From Myxococcota bacterium (lineage in GTDB: Bacteria; Myxococcota_A; UBA796; UBA2385), in NCBI GenBank assembly GCA_044344255.1, contig JBIJDH010000017.1, positions 32,001 to 96,000 of the forward strand: DNA of 64,000 nt, given 5' to 3'. Both the position numbers and the translations under genes were made by a program. A model generated the notes under the pieces. The model searched no databases. It was not told the origin of the DNA and worked only from the letters and a program-made list of their open reading frames with translations. This document shows, piece by piece, positions 58,193 through 64,000 of the stretch. Every line of letters starts with the position of its first letter. Positions within the stretch are counted from its first letter, which is position 1.

Positions 58193-60717
58193 CGGTAGAT
58201 CTCCGCCGCCTTCTTGTTCACCACCTCCACCTGTGAGAGGTACTCCTCCACCGTGGGGATGCGGCCCAGCAAGGCGCAGACCGCCGCCAGCTCCGCCGAG
58301 GCGAGGTAGACCCGCGTGTCGAGGCCGAGGCGGTTCGGGAAGTTCCGCGTCGACGTCGAGACGGCGGTGGAGCCTCGCTTGATCTGCGCCTGGTTGCCCA
58401 TGCACAGAGAACAGCCGGGGAGCTCCAGCCGCGCGCCTGAGCGGCCGAGGACGCCGTAGTAGCCCTCCTCGGTGAGGATCATCGCGTCCATGCGGGTGGG
58501 CGGGGCCACCCAGAGGCGCACCGGCAGATCGGGCTTGCCGTCGAGCACCTTCCCGGCGGCGCGGAAGTGGCCGATGTTGGTCATGCAGGAGCCGATGAAG
58601 ACCTCGTCGATCTTGTCCCCGGTCACGGCCGAGAGCGGCTTGATGTCGTCGGGGTCGTTCGGGCAGGCGAGCAGGGGCTCACGGATGGTCTCGAGGTCGA
58701 TCTCGATCACCTCGGCGTACTGGGCGTCGGCGTCGGGGGCGAGGAGCTTCGGGTCCTGGATCCAGGCCTCCATCGCCTGGATGCGGCGGCGGATGGAGCG
58801 GGCGTCCTCGTAGCCGCAGCCGATCATCCACTTGAGGAGCGTGATGTTCGACCGCAGGTACTCGATGATCGGCTCTTTGTTCAAGCGCACCGTGCAGCCG
58901 GCGGCCGAGCGCTCGGCGCTGGCGTCGGAGAGCTCGAAGGCCTGCTCGATCTTGAGGTCAGGCAGGCCCTCAATCTCGAGGATGCGCCCGGAGAAGACGT
59001 TCTTCTTCCCCTTCTTCTCGACGGTGAGCAGCCCCCGCTGGATGGCGGCGTAGGGGATGGCGTTGACAAGGTCGCGCAGGGTGACCCCGGGCTGCATCTG
59101 CCCCTTGAAGCGCACCAGCACGGACTCCGGCATGTCGAGGGGCATCACGCCGGTCGCGGCGGCGAAGGCCACGAGGCCCGACCCGGCCGGGAACGAGATG
59201 CCGATGGGGAAGCGGGTGTGGGAGTCGCCGCCCGTGCCCACGGTGTCGGGCAGCAGCATGCGGTTCAACCAGGAGTGGATCACCCCGTCGCCCGCCCGGA
59301 GAGAGATGCCGCCGCGGCTCGTGATGAAGGCGGGGAGCTGCTTGTGCAGGGCCACATCGACGGGCTTGGGGTAGGCCGCGGTGTGGCAGAAGGACTGCAT
59401 CACGAGGTCGGCCGAGAAGCCGAGGCAAGCGAGGTCTTTCAGCTCATCGCGGGTCATCGGGCCCGTCGTGTCCTGGGAGCCGACGGAGGCCATCCGGGGC
59501 TCGCAGTAGGTACCGGGGCGTACGCCCTGGCCCTCGGGGAAGCCGCAGGCGCGGCCGACCATCTTCTGGGCGAGGGTGTAGCCCTTGCCGCTGTCCGCCG
59601 GCGTGACCGGCAGGCGGAAGAGGGTGGAGGGACCGAGGCCGAGGGCCTCGCGGGCCCGGCCGGTGAGCGCGCGCCCGATGATCAGGTTGATGCGGCCTCC
59701 GGCGCGCACCTCGTCAAGCAGCACGTCGGAGCGCAGAGAGAAGGTGGAGACCACCTGCCCGTCCTTCTCGATCCGGCCCGCGTAGGGGTAGATGTCGATG
59801 ACATCGCCCGTGTTCATCTGTGAGACGTCACACTCGATCGGGAAGGCGCCGGCGTCCTCCTGGGTGTTGAAGAAGATGGGCGCGATCTTCGAGCCCAGGC
59901 AGAAGCCGCCGAAGCGCTTGTTGGGGACATGGGGGATGTCGTCCCCGGTCCACCAGAGCACCGAGTTGGTGGCGGACTTGCGGGAGGAGCCCGTGCCCAC
60001 CACGTCGCCGACGTAGGCCACCGGGTGTCCCTTTTCGCCGAGGGCCTGGATCATCTTGATCGGCCCGCGTACGCCCGGCTCCTCGGGGACGATGCCCTCG
60101 CGCGCGTTCTTGAGCATCGCGAGGGCGTGGAGCGGGATGTCGGGGCGGCTCCAGGCGTCGGGAGCGGGGGAGAGGTCGTCGGTGTTGGTCTCGCCGGTCA
60201 CCTTGAAGACGGTGACGGTGGCCTTCTCGGGGAGGGCCGGGCGGGCGCTGAACCACTCGCCGTCGGCCCAGCTCTGGAGCACCGCCTGCGCGTGGGCGTT
60301 TCCGGCCTTGGCCTTCACCACGACGTCGTGGAAGGCGTCGAACATCAAGAGCGTGCCCTTGAGCGCGGTAGCGGCGACGGTGGCCACGGCCTCATCGTCG
60401 AGCAGCGCGACCAACGGGGCCACGTTGTAGCCGCCGACCATCGTGCCGAGGAGGGCCGTGGCCGCGGCGCGATCGATCAGCGGTGAGGCGGACTCTCCCC
60501 GCGCGAGCTCGAAGAGGAAGCCCGCCTTGACCTGCGCGGCCTCATCGACGCCCGCCGGGACGCGGTGCGTGAGGAGCTCGACCAGGACGGCGCCCTCGCC
60601 CTCTGGCGGGCTGCGCAGGAGCTCGACGAGTCCGGTCACCTGGGCGCGGTTGAGGGGGAGCGGGGGGATGCCGAGGGCGGCGCGCTCGGCGACATGGGCT
60701 CGGTAGGATGCGAGCAT
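58132..60717 (-). CDS. acnB: Aconitate hydratase B
   Basis: [83 protein letters not shown]. Confidence 0.96.
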   Translation of the reverse strand: MLASYRAHVAERAALGIPPLPLNRAQVTGLVELLRSPPEGEGAVLVELLTHRVPAGVDEAAQVKAGFLFELARGESASPLIDRAAATALLGTMVGGYNVAPLVALLDDEAVATVAATALKGTLLMFDAFHDVVVKAKAGNAHAQAVLQSWADGEWFSARPALPEKATVTVFKVTGETNTDDLSPAPDAWSRPDIPLHALAMLKNAREGIVPEEPGVRGPIKMIQALGEKGHPVAYVGDVVGTGSSRKSATNSVLWWTGDDIPHVPNKRFGGFCLGSKIAPIFFNTQEDAGAFPIECDVSQMNTGDVIDIYPYAGRIEKDGQVVSTFSLRSDVLLDEVRAGGRINLIIGRALTGRAREALGLGPSTLFRLPVTPADSGKGYTLAQKMVGRACGFPEGQGVRPGTYCEPRMASVGSQDTTGPMTRDELKDLACLGFSADLVMQSFCHTAAYPKPVDVALHKQLPAFITSRGGISLRAGDGVIHSWLNRMLLPDTVGTGGDSHTRFPIGISFPAGSGLVAFAAATGVMPLDMPESVLVRFKGQMQPGVTLRDLVNAIPYAAIQRGLLTVEKKGKKNVFSGRILEIEGLPDLKIEQAFELSDASAERSAAGCTVRLNKEPIIEYLRSNITLLKWMIGCGYEDARSIRRRIQAMEAWIQDPKLLAPDADAQYAEVIEIDLETIREPLLACPNDPDDIKPLSAVTGDKIDEVFIGSCMTNIGHFRAAGKVLDGKPDLPVRLWVAPPTRMDAMILTEEGYYGVLGRSGARLELPGCSLCMGNQAQIKRGSTAVSTSTRNFPNRLGLDTRVYLASAELAAVCALLGRIPTVEEYLSQVEVVNKKAAEIYRYMSFDRIAAFKDVADTVTM

Positions 60718-60845
60718 GAAGGACCTCTCGTCAGGGGCCGGAGCCTATCCACGGCGCGGGGCCTCGGCACCCGTCGGGGACGCGGAGACGACTGGGCTAC
60801 ACTCGCGGCCGGGACGCCGGCCCTAGCGGGCCGCCGGGGGAGCCG

Positions 60846-62597
60846 ATGGACGAGCAAGGTGAGCGAGGGGGGCAGCGTCTCGCGTGGACCGATCATCTCG
60901 CGGAGACCCATCCCGGCGAGCAGGACGGCCTGCTCCGGGGGCCCACCTGGAAGGGCTGGTCCCTCCGCGCGGATCACGATGACCTCACGGCCCTCAAACG
61001 AGCCGTCCGCTCGGTGACCGGCCCCGCCACCGCCCGCGGGCGGCTGGCCGATCCCCGGCGGCTCCGACGCCGCGGGGGGCGCTTCGTCCTTCCGGTGGCG
61101 GTCGGCGCGCACCCCGATGATCGGTCGGCCTGGGCCCTCACCCACGCCCTGCGCGCCCTCCCCGGCGTGCTCGCCGCCGAGCCCCTCTTCGAGCTCGCGC
61201 TCGGTCCCGCCGAGGCCACCGCCCACCCCGACGCGCCGCCGGCCCCGACCGACCCCGAGTGGGCGCTCGACCGACTGCAGGTGCGGGCGGCCTGGCCCCT
61301 CAGCCGCGGCGCAGGGATCCGCATCGCCCATCCGGACAGCGGCTACCGCGCTCACCCTCAGCTCTGGACCGCCGAGAGCCCGAACCCGCGCATCGACACC
61401 GCGGCGGAAAAGAGCTTCTTCGCCTTCGATCGGCGGGTGGAGAACCACCAGGGAGACCACGGGCTCGGCACCGCCAGCGTGATGGTGAGCCCCCGCGAAG
61501 ACGGTCCCACCGCGGCGCGGGTCACCGGCGTGGCGCCGGAGGCCACCCTCATCCCCCTGCGGGTGACCAAGCCCCACGCGGTCGCCCCCGCGCCCGTGCT
61601 GCTGTGGAGCGGGACCGAGCGCCTGGTCTCCGCGATCGACTACGCCGTCCGCTCGGCGCGCGCGCACGTCCTCTCGGTGAGCCTCGGCTGGATCGGCACC
61701 GGCGAGCTCCACCGCGCGGTTCGCCGCGCCTATGAGGCCGACGTCATCGTCATCGCCGCCGCGGGCAACTATCTCCCCTTCTTCGTGGCCTGGCCGGCCG
61801 CCTACCCCGAGGTCGTCGGCGTCGCCGGCTCCACAGCGGGGGACGGCCCCTGGCCCTGGTCGGGGGTGGGCCCCGCGGTCGATGTGGCCGCCCCCGCCAG
61901 CGGGGTCTGGCGGGCCGTCATCGACCCGGAGGGGCGGCCCACCGTGCGGCCGGGAGACGGCACCTCCTTCTCCACCGCCCTCGTCTCCGGCCTCTGCGCC
62001 CTCTGGCTCGCCCACCACGGCCGCGCCGCGCTCATCGCCGCGCACACCGCGCCCGGGGAGGGTGTGCAGCTCACCGACGTCTTCCTGTCAGCGCTGTCCC
62101 GGACCTGCACGCCCCTCCGCCACCCCCTGCTGCCCAGCCCACCGCTCATCGAGGCGGGGGCAGAGGGCCCGCTCAAGGGCTTCGGGGCCGGCCTGCCAGA
62201 CGCCCGGCGCCTGCTGACCACGCCGATCCCGCCGCGCAGCACGCTGGTGGCCGAGGCCTCGGCTCGTCGCGCCGCCCACCCGAGCTCGATGATGGAGACC
62301 CTCAACCCCGCCGCCCGAACCCTCGTCCTCGAGGCCCTGGGGCTCGATCCCTCTGGCGAGGCCATCCGCGCCGAGCCCGGGCTCGACGAGGAGCTGGTGT
62401 TCCTGCTCCTCACCCGCCCGGCGCTGCGTCACGCGCTCCTCGCCACCCTCCCCGGCGCGCCGCCCGCCGCGGTCCCGCCGGCGCCGTCCTCGTCCCCCGC
62501 CGCAGGCGCCTTGGACCGCCTCCGAGCCGGCCTGACCAGCGCCGTCGCCGAGGCGGGCTCACCGGCCCTCCGCGCCGCGCTGCGCTCCCAGGTCTGA
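60846..62597 (+). CDS. S8 subtilisin-like serine peptidase
   Basis: AHPDSG (Asp), DHGLGTAS (His), AAAGN (oxyanion Asn), GDGTSFS (Ser). Confidence 0.85.
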   Translation: MDEQGERGGQRLAWTDHLAETHPGEQDGLLRGPTWKGWSLRADHDDLTALKRAVRSVTGPATARGRLADPRRLRRRGGRFVLPVAVGAHPDDRSAWALTHALRALPGVLAAEPLFELALGPAEATAHPDAPPAPTDPEWALDRLQVRAAWPLSRGAGIRIAHPDSGYRAHPQLWTAESPNPRIDTAAEKSFFAFDRRVENHQGDHGLGTASVMVSPREDGPTAARVTGVAPEATLIPLRVTKPHAVAPAPVLLWSGTERLVSAIDYAVRSARAHVLSVSLGWIGTGELHRAVRRAYEADVIVIAAAGNYLPFFVAWPAAYPEVVGVAGSTAGDGPWPWSGVGPAVDVAAPASGVWRAVIDPEGRPTVRPGDGTSFSTALVSGLCALWLAHHGRAALIAAHTAPGEGVQLTDVFLSALSRTCTPLRHPLLPSPPLIEAGAEGPLKGFGAGLPDARRLLTTPIPPRSTLVAEASARRAAHPSSMMETLNPAARTLVLEALGLDPSGEAIRAEPGLDEELVFLLLTRPALRHALLATLPGAPPAAVPPAPSSSPAAGALDRLRAGLTSAVAEAGSPALRAALRSQV

Positions 62598-62615
62598 GCG
62601 ACCCGCGGCCGACCG

Positions 62616-64000
62616 TCAGGCCCCGGCGAACTGCCGCTCGACGAGGCGCCGGTAGAGGCCGTCCACGGCGACAAGCTCATCGTGGGTGCCCTGCTGGACG
62701 GCCTTGCCCCCGTCGAGCACCACCACCCGATCGGCGTCCCGCACCGTGCTCAGCCGGTGCGCGATGACCACCGTCGTGCGGCCCTTCATCAGCCGATCGA
62801 GGGCGTCCTGGACGAGGTGCTCGCTCTCGGCGTCGAGCGCGCTCGTCGCCTCGTCGAGCACGAGCACCCGCGGGTCCTTGAGGAGGGCCCGCGCGATGGC
62901 CACCCGCTGCTTCTGTCCACCGGACAGCCGAACGCCTCGCTCGCCCACGAGGGTCTTGTAGCCCTCCGGGAAGGCCGAGATGAACTCGTGGGCGTTAGCG
63001 GCCCGCGCCGCGTCCATCACGTCGGCGTCGGTGGCCTCGGGGCGACCGTAGCGGATGTTGTCGCCGATCGTCGTCGCGAAGAGGATGGGCTCCTGGGAGA
63101 CCACGCCCACCTGCTGGCGCAGCCAGTCGGGATCGAGGCTCGGATAGGGGCGGCCGTCGAGGGAGATCTGCCCGCCGATCGGATCGTAGAAGCGCGACAG
63201 CAGCGCCGCGACCGTAGACTTTCCGCCGCCGCTGGGGCCCACCAGCGCCACGACCTCGCCCGGGTGGAGGCGGAGGTCGAAGCCCTGCAGCACGCGCACA
63301 TCGGCGCGGGTCGGGTAGACGAAGTTCACCTGGTCGAAGACGACCTCGCCGCGCACCTCGCCGCCTCGCTCGGTGCCACCGCCCACCTTCGGCACGCGGT
63401 CGACCAGCTCGAAGACGCGCTCCGAGGCGCCGAGCGCCTTGCCGAAGTCCTCGAAGAGCCCGGCGAGGGCGACGATCGAGCCGCCGAGCATCATCGTGTA
63501 GAGGATGAAGCCGGTCAGGTCCTCGACCGAGAGCTGCCCGCTCGCCCGGAGCTGCCCGCCGTACCAGAGCAAGGCCGCCACCGCCGAGTAGAGCCCGATG
63601 CTGAGCCCGCCCTGGAAGAAGGCCCCGAGGATCGCCCGCAGTCGCGCGACCGAGTAGGACTCGTTCACCGCCGCGGCGTACCGCTCCGTCTCTTCGTCTT
63701 CTCGCGCGAAGGCCCGCACGGTGCGCACGCCGGACAGCGTCTCTTCCGCGACGGACGAGGAGCGCGCGAGTGCGTCCTGCACCTGCCGGGAGACGCCGCG
63801 GAGCCGCTTTCCGTACAGCGAGGCCCCGATCGCGAAGACCGGCACCACGGCGATCATCAGCAGAGACAGCCGCCAAGAGGTGAAGAAGAGGATGGCGAGT
63901 GAGCCGATCGAGGAGATCGTGAAGCGCAGCGCCATCGAGATGTTGACGGTGACCGCGTTCTGGAGGACCGAGGTGTCGCTCGCGAGGCGGTTGGTGAGCT
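62616..64000 (-). CDS. ABC exporter, fused TMD-NBD (MsbA/ABCB type), 5'-truncated by the window edge
   Basis: GPSGGGKST, VSQEP, LSGGQKQR, LDEATSALD, IAHRLST; frame stays open past 63935 to the edge. Confidence 0.92.
   Translation of the reverse strand, partial: LTNRLASDTSVLQNAVTVNISMALRFTISSIGSLAILFFTSWRLSLLMIAVVPVFAIGASLYGKRLRGVSRQVQDALARSSSVAEETLSGVRTVRAFAREDEETERYAAAVNESYSVARLRAILGAFFQGGLSIGLYSAVAALLWYGGQLRASGQLSVEDLTGFILYTMMLGGSIVALAGLFEDFGKALGASERVFELVDRVPKVGGGTERGGEVRGEVVFDQVNFVYPTRADVRVLQGFDLRLHPGEVVALVGPSGGGKSTVAALLSRFYDPIGGQISLDGRPYPSLDPDWLRQQVGVVSQEPILFATTIGDNIRYGRPEATDADVMDAARAANAHEFISAFPEGYKTLVGERGVRLSGGQKQRVAIARALLKDPRVLVLDEATSALDAESEHLVQDALDRLMKGRTTVVIAHRLSTVRDADRVVVLDGGKAVQQGTHDELVAVDGLYRRLVERQFAGA

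Overview
Very GC-rich, gene-dense bacterial chromosome segment, most consistent with a Myxococcota-like deltaproteobacterium (inferred from Cys/Asp-rich metal-binding repeats, a DUF2330-like protein, a GGV-repeat TonB and a kinase-STAND-WD40 gene). About 40 CDSs are supportable. Housekeeping genes include an LD-carboxypeptidase, pruA, XPB helicase plus a WYL-type partner, xseB, tonB-exbB-exbD-exbD, plsC, ispA, tlyA, tamAB, a HelY-like helicase, a pseudouridine synthase, acnB and an ABC exporter. The best candidate for an undescribed system is a tightly coupled four-gene minus-strand operon at 24194-34301. It encodes a FAAL, a FAAL-ACP-reductase, an ACP-FkbH-carrier-reductase fused to a tocopherol-cyclase/AttH-like domain, and a SnoaL/NTF2 protein, with no KS, condensation or TE domain, which suggests an unusual glycerol/fatty-acyl (possibly ether-lipid-like) pathway. 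Directly upstream lies a signalling block (34381-45305): a wHTH-STAND-TPR regulator, a perfect 16-bp operator-like palindrome, an anchorless adhesin-like protein, a kinase-nSTAND-WD40 sensor and an FHA-wHTH regulator. Other notable items are a membrane-anchored SEFIR/TIR protein and a long, potentially structured leader upstream of XPB. No rRNA, tRNA, CRISPR array or transposase was recognised. All assignments come from reading motifs by eye; no searches were run.
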